Source: Acidimicrobiia bacterium (GTDB lineage Bacteria; Actinomycetota; Acidimicrobiia; Acidimicrobiales; Bin134). Taken from it: DNA of 63,145 bases. The stretch is from assembly GCA_022821445.1 (NCBI GenBank), contig JAJEDQ010000003.1, positions 1-63,145 of the forward strand, given 5' to 3'. The notes below the pieces were generated by a model, which saw nothing but the letters and a program-made list of their open reading frames with translations, had not been told where the DNA came from and did not search any database. Position numbers and translations under genes: made by a program. Below are positions 25,402 to 35,239 of this stretch, piece after piece (within the stretch, counting starts at the first letter, position 1; each line of letters opens with the position of its first letter).

Positions 25402-25430
25402 AACGACGCCCAGTGATGGTCTTTGGTTCC
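25402..25430 (-). promoter_or_regulatory. candidate autoregulated ECF promoter (GGAAC-N17-CGTC) giving a leaderless or near-leaderless sigma mRNA
   Basis: The minus strand reads GGAACC AAAGACCATCACTGGG CGTCGTT GCCAA GTGATG, and the start codons follow 5-8 nt after the -10-like element. Confidence 0.35.
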
Positions 25431-25507
25431 CTCTGGCTCTCTTGGGCCTGCCGAAGGACGCGAGCGAATCAGGCCAATGCGGCTAGCTCTGTTGTCTACC
25501 AGACTTG

Positions 25508-26713
25508 TCAGGCCGCGACGGCGTTTTTGAGCAGGGCCTCGTTGGGTTCAGCGGGGAGCTCGCCTAGGGGGACAGCGATCTCGTTGTGGGTCGGGCCATG
25601 CTGGGCGGCCAGCGGGGCCAGGGCGTCGAGGTCGAAGCCGTAGAGGTCGGCGGCATTGCCGGCCAGAATCTGCTGGAGCTCCACCGGGTCGGTGTCGCAG
25701 AACACCTGGCGCAGGTGCTCGCGGGTATAGGGGCCGGTTCCCTCGTTGTGGGGATAGTCGGAGCCCCACATAACCTTGTTCACACCCAGCACCTCTCGGG
25801 CGGCGGCGTCATCGTGTCCCGGCTGGCTGATGCCCACCCAGCAATTCTGCTGGAAATACTCGGTGGCGCTCTTGGGCAGGATGTGGCTCTCGTCGTAGCG
25901 CATCTCGCCCATCCGGCCGGTGTCGCGGATCTTGGCCAGGGTCTCGTCCATGTGCGACAGTGCCCCCACCAGCCAGGCGCAGCCCTGCTCGGTCATCACG
26001 AACCTGAGCTTGGGGAACCGCTCGAACACCCCTGACAGCAGCAATTGGTAGAAGGGCCGGTGGGAGTAGAAGCTAACCTCGGTGATGAACAGCAGGTCCG
26101 ACACCGAGTACTTGCCGTAGTTGGGGACGCCGGTGCCGCCGTGGCTGTTCACGATCACCCCGAGGTCTTCGCAGGCGGCCCAGAACGGGTCGTACGCCGG
26201 GTCGTACAGGGGGGCGAGGTCTTTGCAGTCGGGTGGGATGGCCGAGATGAGCACGCCGCCGCGCAGGTTGTTGGCGGCGATGAACTCCACGTCTTTGATG
26301 GCCTCATCCACGTCGTTCAAGAAGGTCTGGCCGATGCCGGCCCGCTGGTCCGGATATTGGGCGCACCAGTCGGCTAACCAGCGGTTGTGGGCCCGGATTC
26401 CGGCGAGCCGGTGCTCAAGCTGGTCGGCCCGTGGCGGGCGGGCGAACAGGATGAAGCTGGGGAAGAAGGGGGGCACAGTGTTGGGGAACACCACCTCGCC
26501 CACCTGGCCGTCGGCGTACAGGTCGCCCAGTCGGCGCTCGTTGTCCCAGTTGCGCACCCGGCCGCCGTCTTGGAGGTCGCGGAACGGATTGCGGTACTTC
26601 TCCCGCCAAGCGTCGAAATCGCCATGGTACTTCGACTCGAGAAATCCGCGGTAGGTCTCGTGGTTGGCCCCGGCGTGGCAGTCGGCCGAGATGATGGTGT
26701 ACCGGTCGCTCAT
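25508..26713 (-). CDS. amidohydrolase family protein (amidohydrolase_2)
   Basis: MSDRYTIISADCHAG (metal-binding His region), SHGGTG and VMWGSDYPHNEG are the family motifs. It is a paralogue of 21602..22762 and 40194..41360. Confidence 0.8.
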   Translation of the reverse strand: MSDRYTIISADCHAGANHETYRGFLESKYHGDFDAWREKYRNPFRDLQDGGRVRNWDNERRLGDLYADGQVGEVVFPNTVPPFFPSFILFARPPRADQLEHRLAGIRAHNRWLADWCAQYPDQRAGIGQTFLNDVDEAIKDVEFIAANNLRGGVLISAIPPDCKDLAPLYDPAYDPFWAACEDLGVIVNSHGGTGVPNYGKYSVSDLLFITEVSFYSHRPFYQLLLSGVFERFPKLRFVMTEQGCAWLVGALSHMDETLAKIRDTGRMGEMRYDESHILPKSATEYFQQNCWVGISQPGHDDAAAREVLGVNKVMWGSDYPHNEGTGPYTREHLRQVFCDTDPVELQQILAGNAADLYGFDLDALAPLAAQHGPTHNEIAVPLGELPAEPNEALLKNAVAA

Positions 26714-26752
26714 TGCACTAGTTTGCCAATTGTGAGCAACTCGCCGGGCATC

Positions 26753-27103
26753 GTGGAGGGGGAATGGGACGACCAGCCCCGCAACTGGCGGACGTTCTTC
26801 AAGCGGTGGCGCCGCAGCAAAGAGCTGTTCCGACTTGAGGTGGTGCGCACCGAGGCCATGTCAGCCGACGATTTCTTCGTGATCGGCCGGGCCACCGCGG
26901 GCCGAGTCCAAGTAGGCGACGCTCTTGTGGTTGACGTAGGAGATCAATCAATCTCCACATCGGTCGTCTCCATCGACCACACCGTGCAAGGCGAGAGCGG
27001 CGACGGTGGAGACGAATTCCACATGCTCATGGCCCTCAAACTCGACAGCATCGGCCCCGACGCCGGCATAGAGCCCGGAACCATCATCCGCCAGCCGGGC
27101 TAG
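26753..27103 (+). CDS. hypothetical small protein (beta-barrel-like; start uncertain, GTG 26753 or ATG about 26857)
   Basis: It is the only ORF with a coding-like GC3 bias in the 26714-27136 gap. I recognised no motif. Confidence 0.35.
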   Translation: MEGEWDDQPRNWRTFFKRWRRSKELFRLEVVRTEAMSADDFFVIGRATAGRVQVGDALVVDVGDQSISTSVVSIDHTVQGESGDGGDEFHMLMALKLDSIGPDAGIEPGTIIRQPG

Positions 27104-27136
27104 AGGGGACTGCTCTGGTCTGAACCCGCTCGGGTG

Positions 27137-27400
27137 TCAGCGCGGCCGATAAACGCTGCGGCGGTGGTCGACGCGGTGAACGAGCACGGTGTTCTCGGAG
27201 TCGAGGATCTCATAGATGATTCGGTAGTCGCCTCGGCGGGCAGAGAAGAGGCCTTCGAAGTCCCAGAGCAGAGGCTTTCCCGCTTGGCGCGGGTTCTCGG
27301 CTATCAGACCGAAGACGGCCTCCATCGCCGCCCAGTACACCTTGTCTGGAAGACGACCTAAATCTCTGTGCCCCTCTGGAGTGATATCGACTTCATGCAC
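27137..27400 (-). CDS. type II toxin, RelE/ParE family
   Basis: 87 aa. The sequence ...GKPLLWDFEGLFSARRGDYRIIYEILDSENTVLVHRVDHRRSVY is the RelE/ParE core. There is an 8-nt overlap with the upstream antitoxin. Confidence 0.8.
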   Translation of the reverse strand: MHEVDITPEGHRDLGRLPDKVYWAAMEAVFGLIAENPRQAGKPLLWDFEGLFSARRGDYRIIYEILDSENTVLVHRVDHRRSVYRPR

Positions 27401-27662
27401 CGGTGTCCCTGAGGTGGTCGCGCAGGCGCATCCGCTGACCTGCCTCGGCTTCGGCTCGAGACCTGCGGAGCGAGGCCACCAGTTCGGGATCCCTCATAAT
27501 GTCAAGGGTCTCTTCCAGGGATTCGAGATAGTCGCAATTGACCAGCATGAACGAGGGGCGCCCGTTGCGAGTGACCATGATCCGGTCGCGCTCCTGCTCA
27601 ACTCGGTCGGCAAGTTCCGAAAGGTGACTCTTGACTTCAGAAAACGGCAGTATTGACTCCAT
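27393..27662 (-). CDS. type II antitoxin, Phd/YefM family
   Basis: MESILPFSEVKSHLSELADRVEQERDRIMVTRNGRPSFMLVNCDYLESLEETLDI is a typical Phd/YefM sequence. Confidence 0.8.
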   Translation of the reverse strand: MESILPFSEVKSHLSELADRVEQERDRIMVTRNGRPSFMLVNCDYLESLEETLDIMRDPELVASLRRSRAEAEAGQRMRLRDHLRDTGA

Positions 27663-27682
27663 TAGTCATAATTCTGACCTAT

Positions 27683-27696
27683 TCAATGCGAATTGA
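27683..27696. promoter_or_regulatory. small palindrome in the phd/relE promoter region (possible operator)
   Basis: TCAAT-GCGA-ATTGA lies 21-34 nt upstream of the antitoxin start, in an AT-rich stretch with TTGTCA / CAGAAT-like promoter elements. Confidence 0.25.
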
Positions 27697-27708
27697 CAAG
27701 TAAGTTGC

Positions 27709-28536
27709 TCATGGTGTGAGCAGCTGGCCGAGACGGCGGCTGGCTATGAAAGCGCCGGCGGCGGCTAGGGCCAGCAAGTAGGCGATGTGGATGATCAGGT
27801 CGAGGCTGATGTCGCCGGCGATGAAGGCTCGCTCCATGGCTACGCCGTGGTAGAGGGGGGTGGCCTGCACTAGGAATTGCACGGCGCGGGGGTAGGTGTC
27901 GAGCGGGAAGAAGGTGGCTGAGAACAGGAACTGCACGATGAGCGGCACAGTTACCAGGTCGAGGTCGTTCCAGGTGCGCATGTAGCTGGTGGCGGCCATG
28001 CCCAGGGCGGCAAAGGTGAAACCGATCAGCGTCGCTCCCGGCAAAGCGGCGATGGCCCAGAACGAGTCCACCAGGCCGAGCCCGGCCATGATGCCCAAAA
28101 AGCCGCCGGAGTAGAGGGTGGCCCGCAGCACCGACCAGCCCATCTCGCCCAGGGCCAGGTCCACTACGCCCACCGGGGTGGCCAGTACGGCGTCGTAGAT
28201 CTTGGCCCAGGTGAGCTTGTAGTACATGTTCATCGTGCTGTCATAGAAGGTGCCATTCATGGCCGAGGTGGCCAGCAGCCCCGGGGCCACGAACGTGCGG
28301 TAGTCGACGGTGCGCCCTCCCACGGTCACGTCGCCCACCAGCTCGCCGATGCCGATTCCGATGGACAGCAGGTAAAACACCGGCTCGAAGAACCCCGACA
28401 GCAGGGTGACCCAAGTGCGCCGGTACACGGTGATGTTGCGCTCCACGACGCGGGCGAATCGCCGTGACGGCAACAAGCCGGCCGTCGCGGCCAATCCCAG
28501 CCGGTTGGGGCGGCGCCCTTGGCCCACCAGGCTCAT
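27709..28536 (-). CDS. ABC-2 type transporter permease
   Basis: The protein is multi-TM and carries FFEPVFYLLSIGIGIG and a C-terminal ATPLYHGVAMERA. The ATG 28536 start gives an ATGA overlap with the upstream permease; the track start at 28680 would overlap that gene. Confidence 0.75.
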   Translation of the reverse strand: MSLVGQGRRPNRLGLAATAGLLPSRRFARVVERNITVYRRTWVTLLSGFFEPVFYLLSIGIGIGELVGDVTVGGRTVDYRTFVAPGLLATSAMNGTFYDSTMNMYYKLTWAKIYDAVLATPVGVVDLALGEMGWSVLRATLYSGGFLGIMAGLGLVDSFWAIAALPGATLIGFTFAALGMAATSYMRTWNDLDLVTVPLIVQFLFSATFFPLDTYPRAVQFLVQATPLYHGVAMERAFIAGDISLDLIIHIAYLLALAAAGAFIASRRLGQLLTP

Positions 28537-29326
28537 TCGTACAGCCTCTTGGTAAAGGTCCGGCTGGCGACCAGCGTGCCGGCAAGTATGAGCGCCACCA
28601 GATAGGCCAGATGCCCGGCCAGCTCCCAATTCACACCGCTGCCGGTGCTCAGCGCCCGGCACAGTCTCACCCCGTGCCACACCGGAGTGAGCCAGGCGAG
28701 CTGTTCAAGCACGATGGGGAGTTGGGATACCGGATAGAAGATCCCCGAGAACAAGAACATGGGCATGATCACGAATCGGGTGTAGGTGCTGAAGTTGTCA
28801 GCGTTGATCCGAGTGGCGACGAAGGCCGCGGTGGGAGTGGCAAAGGCCATGCCGCACAGGGCGGCGCAGAACGGGGCCAACACCGCCAGCGGCGACGACA
28901 CCGACCCGAATGCGGCCATGACCCCCAAGAACACGAAGCTGGCCAACGTCACCCGGAAGGCCATATAGGCGAAGTGGCCTAGCAGGATGTCGCGGCCCCG
29001 CAGCGGGGAGGCGGCCATGGCCATATATGTGCGGTACCACTTGAAGCCGCCCAGCACCGGATAGGTGGACTCGTTGACCGCCAGCATCATGGCGTTGCCG
29101 GCCAAAAGCCCAGGGGCCAGGAAGTCCAGATAATCAAGCCCACCCAAGTCACGACCGGAACCGACCTCTGCATCGACCAGCGAACCCAGGCCCAGGCCCA
29201 TGGCCGCTAGGAACAGAACCGGGCTCAAGAAGCTGGTGAGGATCGATCCCTTCCAGTTGCGGCGATAAGTCAATAGCCAGTACTCCACCGCCAGCCTTGT
29301 ACTGGGAACCACCGCGGCGCGGGCCA

Positions 29327-29327
<1 letters not shown>
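28533..29327 (-). CDS. ABC-2 type transporter permease
   Basis: 264-aa multi-TM protein, paralogous to the downstream permease (LTPVWHGVRLCRA motif). Confidence 0.75.
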
Positions 29328-30274
<947 letters not shown>

Positions 30275-30397
30275 TCAGGCAGGTTACGGCTAGGGAGATG
30301 CCGGGTAGCAGTCATAAACCCTCCGGCGGTGGTTGCCAACAGTCGCAGAGGCTCTTTGGTTCTGACCGGGCTGCCGACAATGGGCCATGATGGGGCC

Positions 30398-30448
30398 ATG
30401 AGCTACGAGCGTTTATGAGCTAGGAGCATCTATGAGCTATGAGCATCT
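30398..30448 (+). repeat. 17-bp tandem repeat x3 covering the start codon of the downstream reductase
   Basis: The units are ATGAGCTACGAGCGTTT, ATGAGCTAGGAGCATCT and ATGAGCTATGAGCATCT. The third unit carries the real ATG at 30432. Confidence 0.9.
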
Positions 30449-32438
30449 GCTGTCACCGGGTCGCATCGGCACTCTGGAGCTGCGCAACCGGCTGATCATG
30501 GCCCCTATGGGCGAGGAGTTGGGCGACGAGAACGGAGAGGTTTCCGACGACCAGGCCGCTTACCTGGAGGCTCGGGCCAAGGGCGGCATGGCCGTGGTCA
30601 TGCTGGGCTCGGTGGGCGTAGCCCATCCGGTGGGCTGTTCCAACAAGCGCCAGACCGCCATCTCAGAAGACCGGTTCATCCCGTCGTGGAAACGGGCCGC
30701 CGATCGGGTCCACAACCATGGCGGCAAGATCGCCATGCAGCTCACCCACGCCGGCAAGATGGGTCTTCAGGACACCATGGCCGGGCGTCCTATGTGGGTG
30801 CCGTCGGAGCCGGGGCCGATGACCGTCGACCCCCTCTACGGGATGGTCACCGCCGAGGAGGGGGCCATGATGGCCGAGCCCTTCATGGCGCCCACCTCCA
30901 ACCCCCATTACCGGGTGATGGACCACGACGACATCGCCACGGTTATCGACCAATTCGCGGCAGCCACCGTGCGGGCTCGGGAGGCCGGAGTGGACGCAGT
31001 TGAGCTGCACGGCGGCCACGGCTATCTCATAGACGCGTTCTTGTCGCCCACCATCAACTCCCGAGACGACGAATACGGCGGGTCGGTGGAGAATCGGGCT
31101 CGTTTCCTGGAGGAGGTCCTCACTGAGATCCGCCGCCGGGTGGGCGATGACTACCCGGTGTGGGTGCGGCTCAACAGCACCGAGGTGGGCATTGACGGCA
31201 TCGTCCTAGACGACGCCCTGCACAACGCCCGGGTGGCGGCCGCGGCGGGTGCCGACGCCATCCACGTGTCGGCCTACCACGATCCGGGAATCGCCACTGG
31301 GCCCACTGAATCCTACGGACCTCACGTGCCCGAGCTGTTGGTGCCCAACGCGGCCGCGGTCAAAGCCGAGGTGGACGTGCCGGTCATTGCCGTGGGACGG
31401 ATCAGCCCCGAAGCTGCCGACCAGCACATTGCCGAGGGGAGATACGACTTTGTGGCCATGGGCCGCAAGATCCTGGCCGACCCTGACCTGCCCAACAAGC
31501 TGGCCGCGGGCCAGCCCGAAGATGTGCGTCCCTGCGTTTACCACTACCGCTGCATCGGCAACATCTTCTTGCGGGTGGGAACTCGGTGCGCGGGCAACGG
31601 CTTTTTGGGCCGGGAGGACGAGCTCACCGCCGAGGCCGCGACGGCGGCCAAAAGGGTGCTGGTGATCGGCGGAGGGCCCTCGGGCATGGAGACCGCCCGG
31701 GTGGCCGCCCTGCGGGGCCATGAGGTGATCCTGGCCGACGCATCTGATCGGCTGGGCGGCCGATGGGCGCTGGCCTCGGCCACCAGCGACGTGAACGCCG
31801 AGCTCATGGAGTGGTTCGAGCGCCAGCTCGATCAGCTCGGAGTGGATGTGCGGCTCGACACCCGTCTGGACGCATCCGCGGCACGCGCGCTCTCGCCCGA
31901 TGCAGTGGTGGTCGCAGTGGGCGGCCGGTGGGGCCTTCCCGATGTGGACGGCATCGACGGCCCCCAGGTGTGGGGGGTGGACGATTTGGCCCCGTGGCTG
32001 CTCGACGGCGCTTCATTGGATGCCGCCCGGGTGGCGGTGCTGGGCGGAGACCTCCCCGGCATCGGAGTGACCGAGACCGCCCACCACCAAGGGGCCGACG
32101 TCACGCTGATCGAGTCCGGTCCGGCGTTCGGCTTTTCTATGGGGCTCCCTGGCCGCTGGCGGGTAGTCAACGACCTCGGCCAAGCAGGGGTGAACATGGT
32201 TGCCGGCGCGCAGGTGGTGGCGATCACCGACGAAGGGGTGGTGTGGCGCTCCAACGATGCCGAGCAGACGACGCCCGCTGATCTGGTGGTTGTGACCTCC
32301 GAGCTCGCTCCCGACACGTCGCTGGCCGACGAGCTGCGGGCGGCGGGTGCCGAGGTGCATGCAGTGGGCGACTGCGCTCAGCCCGGTTTTCTGGAGGGTG
32401 CCATGAAATCAGCGGTCGAGCTGGCCGCCGCGCTCTAG
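30432..32438 (+). CDS. NADH:flavin oxidoreductase (Old Yellow Enzyme domain) fused to FAD/NAD(P)-binding domain; 2,4-dienoyl-CoA reductase-like
   Basis: The OYE N-terminus carries LRNRLIMAPMGE, QLTHAGK and ELHGGHGYLIDAFLSP. A Cys-rich linker (CVYHYRCIGN..C) follows, then VLVIGGGPSGMETA (Rossmann fold). Confidence 0.85.
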   Translation: MSYEHLLSPGRIGTLELRNRLIMAPMGEELGDENGEVSDDQAAYLEARAKGGMAVVMLGSVGVAHPVGCSNKRQTAISEDRFIPSWKRAADRVHNHGGKIAMQLTHAGKMGLQDTMAGRPMWVPSEPGPMTVDPLYGMVTAEEGAMMAEPFMAPTSNPHYRVMDHDDIATVIDQFAAATVRAREAGVDAVELHGGHGYLIDAFLSPTINSRDDEYGGSVENRARFLEEVLTEIRRRVGDDYPVWVRLNSTEVGIDGIVLDDALHNARVAAAAGADAIHVSAYHDPGIATGPTESYGPHVPELLVPNAAAVKAEVDVPVIAVGRISPEAADQHIAEGRYDFVAMGRKILADPDLPNKLAAGQPEDVRPCVYHYRCIGNIFLRVGTRCAGNGFLGREDELTAEAATAAKRVLVIGGGPSGMETARVAALRGHEVILADASDRLGGRWALASATSDVNAELMEWFERQLDQLGVDVRLDTRLDASAARALSPDAVVVAVGGRWGLPDVDGIDGPQVWGVDDLAPWLLDGASLDAARVAVLGGDLPGIGVTETAHHQGADVTLIESGPAFGFSMGLPGRWRVVNDLGQAGVNMVAGAQVVAITDEGVVWRSNDAEQTTPADLVVVTSELAPDTSLADELRAAGAEVHAVGDCAQPGFLEGAMKSAVELAAAL

Positions 32439-32455
32439 CTCTCTAAGGACTGGCG

Positions 32456-33280
32456 ATGAGCTATCGATTGGCAAACCGGGCGGGAGAGGCGGTGCTGCTG
32501 GACGGCGCCGACTTCTGGGCGATGGGCATGGATCCGATGGACGCCTTGGCCGACATTGACGATCTACGCCGCCTCTGGGCCGACCGGGGCGTGCCCGACG
32601 GTCGGCTGAGCCCAGCCGAGCTAGGCCCCCCGGTGCCCAACCCAAAGCAGGTGTTCGGCTACGGGCTCAACTACCGGGACCATATCGAGGAGATCGATCG
32701 GGTCGATCCCATGGGCCGGACCGCCGGTGAGGCACCGGTGGTGTTCACCAAGTTCCCCACCTGCCTGGTTGGGCCGGCCGCACCGGTGAAGTTGGTGGGC
32801 GAACACTGCGACTACGAATGCGAGCTGGTTGCGGTGATCGGCATCGAAACCCGTGCGGTGGACGAAGCTCAGGCTTGGGACCGGGTAGCCGGGCTGATGA
32901 TCGGCCAGGACATCTCCGACCGGGCCTTGCAGACCGCGGCCTCCCCGCCTCAGTTCTCCCTGGGCAAGTCACGGGAGTCGTTTGGCCCCATCGGCCCTGC
33001 ACTGGTGAGCCCCGACTTGGTGGACAACCCCGACGACCTGGCCATCTCCTGTGAGGTCAACGGCGAGCTGCGCCAGAACAGCCGCACCAGCTACCTCATG
33101 CGCCCAGTGGCCGAGATGGTGGCATACCTGTCAACCATCCTCACCCTGCACCCCGGAGACCTCATCTTCACCGGCACCCCCGGAGGGGTGGGCCATGCCC
33201 GAGGCCACTACCTCAAGCCCGGTGATGTGATCCGCTCCGAGATCGAGGGCCTCGGCGCAATGGAGAACCCCTGCGTCTAA
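32456..33280 (+). CDS. fumarylacetoacetate hydrolase (FAH) family protein
   Basis: GYGLNYRDH, VFTKFPT, DYECELVAVIG, GKSRESFGPIGP and IFTGTPGGVG are FAH-fold motifs. Confidence 0.85.
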   Translation: MSYRLANRAGEAVLLDGADFWAMGMDPMDALADIDDLRRLWADRGVPDGRLSPAELGPPVPNPKQVFGYGLNYRDHIEEIDRVDPMGRTAGEAPVVFTKFPTCLVGPAAPVKLVGEHCDYECELVAVIGIETRAVDEAQAWDRVAGLMIGQDISDRALQTAASPPQFSLGKSRESFGPIGPALVSPDLVDNPDDLAISCEVNGELRQNSRTSYLMRPVAEMVAYLSTILTLHPGDLIFTGTPGGVGHARGHYLKPGDVIRSEIEGLGAMENPCV

Positions 33281-33284
33281 GCCG

Positions 33285-34184
33285 CTAGGGCAGCTCCAGC
33301 ATCTCGGCCGTTTCGTCACAGGTGGCCAGAGGTCGGCCGGCCTCGTTGCAGAGGGCCACGGCTTCGGACAAGAGCTCCTGATTGGTGGGGGAGCGGTTGG
33401 GATCGTAGAACTCCTCGATGCCCACGTGGAGGTGGCCGCCCAGCTCTAGCGCCAGTCGTGCGACAGGGGTGGCCATGAGGTCGCCGCCCCACACCGACAC
33501 CGACCAGGGGATGTCGGTGCCCTCCAGCATGTCTAGATAGGCCAGCAGGGCGTGTTTGGTAGGGGGCAACCCGAAGGTGACCCCCCTGGAGCGGCGGGAG
33601 AGTCCCCACTCGGCGCCGAAGTAGAGCTTGGCCATCGAACCCGCAGGCAACTGGCCGATCCGGTAATAGGTGAGCACGCATTGCAAGAAGCCGGGTTCGT
33701 AGATGGCCATCGCCGGAGCCCAGCCGTTGTCGCGGCACAAGTCGAAGCTGGCCCGGATCTCGGCGTAGTCGTTCCTATATGTGCCGCCCACTGGGAGCCC
33801 ATCGGGCCCGGCGCCGCCGATGTTGGTGGAGCCGGGGTCCACTGCCACCATCCGCAGGGACAGTTCATCGGCGATCATGGCCATGTGGGCGTATTTGGCC
33901 TGATGGTCCCCGGAAGTGAGCGTGGGGTACCACAGGGCGTCAGGACGAGCGGCTAGCACCGGGGCCATAGCCTCGATGTAGGGGTCTGCGGCATCGCGGC
34001 CAGTAAGGCTGATGTCGTGGTTGTGGGTGTGGACGATGGCCGCGCCGCCGTCGAAGCAGGCCAGAGCATCGGCGGCGATGGCCTCAGGGCTCAGGGGCAC
34101 GTTGGGATTGATTTCGGGGCTGGTGATTCCGTTGATGGCCACCTCGATGATGGCTGGGACTTCGTCGGGTGCAGCTGCTGGCAT
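33285..34184 (-). CDS. beta-keto acid cleavage enzyme (BKACE / 3-keto-5-aminohexanoate cleavage, DUF849) family protein
   Basis: IIEVAINGITSP...AIAADALACFDGGAAIVHTHNHD is the characteristic BKACE N-terminal TIM-barrel motif. Confidence 0.8.
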   Translation of the reverse strand: MPAAAPDEVPAIIEVAINGITSPEINPNVPLSPEAIAADALACFDGGAAIVHTHNHDISLTGRDAADPYIEAMAPVLAARPDALWYPTLTSGDHQAKYAHMAMIADELSLRMVAVDPGSTNIGGAGPDGLPVGGTYRNDYAEIRASFDLCRDNGWAPAMAIYEPGFLQCVLTYYRIGQLPAGSMAKLYFGAEWGLSRRSRGVTFGLPPTKHALLAYLDMLEGTDIPWSVSVWGGDLMATPVARLALELGGHLHVGIEEFYDPNRSPTNQELLSEAVALCNEAGRPLATCDETAEMLELP

Positions 34185-35239
34185 GGGCTGAACCTAATGG
34201 ACAATGGGAGCCGGTTCAGGTGACCAGTGGCTGGCGTGGTTTACTTCGGAGCGTGGTTGCACCGGCAGGAGACGGTCCCTGGTTCGAGGACTTTGAAGTG
34301 GGCCAGTCGCTCGACCCTGCTCCAGGTATCACCATCGGCCCGGGCGAGGCTGCTGCCTACCAGGCAATTTGCGGCGATCCACTGGCCATCAGCCTGAGCC
34401 GTCCGTTGGCTGAGGCCATTACCGGGCAACCCGGATCAGTGGTCAACCCCGCGCTGGTGTTGCAAGTGGCCATCGGCCAGTCCACCGTGGCCACCCGCAA
34501 GGTGGTGGCCAATCTGTTCTACCGGGGGGTACGGCAATTGCGTACCGTGCGAGTAGGGGAGACTCTCACCACGACGGTGACCGTTCGGGGCCTGCGAGAG
34601 GCCTCCGCCCGGCCTGACCGACCCCCCAGGGGCTTGGTGCTGCTCAGCATGCAAACGGTCGACGACCAGGGTCGCCTGGTGCTGGACTTCGAACGGTGCG
34701 CGCTGGTCCGCCGCCGCTCTGATGCGGCTACAGGCCACCACGATGACTTAGGGGGCACCACCGAAGAGCTCGACATGGCCCCATTTGTCGAGGCCGCTCC
34801 GCTCGGCTGGGATCTGTCCCCATTGGGGACACCCCAGGAGTGGCTGATTGGAGAGGCCCGGAGCGATCCGCTGCGGGACACGGTGACCGATGCACCCGCT
34901 CTGGTTCGGCTCACTCAGAACTTGGCCCCGCCGCACCGGGATGCATCACTCGGTAAGGAGGGCAAGCGGCTGGTGTATGGCGGGCACACCGTGGGATTGG
35001 CTCAGGCTGGGCTGGTGCGCCTGTTGCCCACCGCGGCCACCGTGGTGGGCTGGCATTTGTGCGACCACACCGGCCCGGTGTTCGAGGACGACGTAGTGGA
35101 TGTATCAGCCACCCTCGACGCCGCTCATCCGGTGCCCAACGGCCGCCTGTTGGCATTCATTGTGATCGTGCAAGCCGAGCGAGGCGGCGCTGATCCGGTG
35201 CCCGTGCTCGATTGGCGTCCGATTGTGCTGGCCCCGTGA
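34169..35239 (+). CDS. MaoC-like (double hot-dog) acyl dehydratase / enoyl-CoA hydratase family protein
   Basis: FEDFEVGQSL..., LVLQVAIGQST and GETLTTTVTVRGL are hot-dog patterns, with a second hot-dog half present. The start is uncertain: the track start overlaps the divergent BKACE gene, and GTG at about 34219 is an alternative. Confidence 0.65.
   Translation: MQLLAWAEPNGQWEPVQVTSGWRGLLRSVVAPAGDGPWFEDFEVGQSLDPAPGITIGPGEAAAYQAICGDPLAISLSRPLAEAITGQPGSVVNPALVLQVAIGQSTVATRKVVANLFYRGVRQLRTVRVGETLTTTVTVRGLREASARPDRPPRGLVLLSMQTVDDQGRLVLDFERCALVRRRSDAATGHHDDLGGTTEELDMAPFVEAAPLGWDLSPLGTPQEWLIGEARSDPLRDTVTDAPALVRLTQNLAPPHRDASLGKEGKRLVYGGHTVGLAQAGLVRLLPTAATVVGWHLCDHTGPVFEDDVVDVSATLDAAHPVPNGRLLAFIVIVQAERGGADPVPVLDWRPIVLAP

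Noticed and set aside
27709-28680. The long track versions of several ORFs: 27709..28680, 2175..2789, 38867..40282, 48612..50789, 51452..52834 and 43364..44257.
   Set aside because: The upstream extensions overlap neighbouring genes or encode Arg/Pro-rich junk. Internal starts with an SD or start/stop coupling give proteins beginning at the conserved N-terminal motifs.
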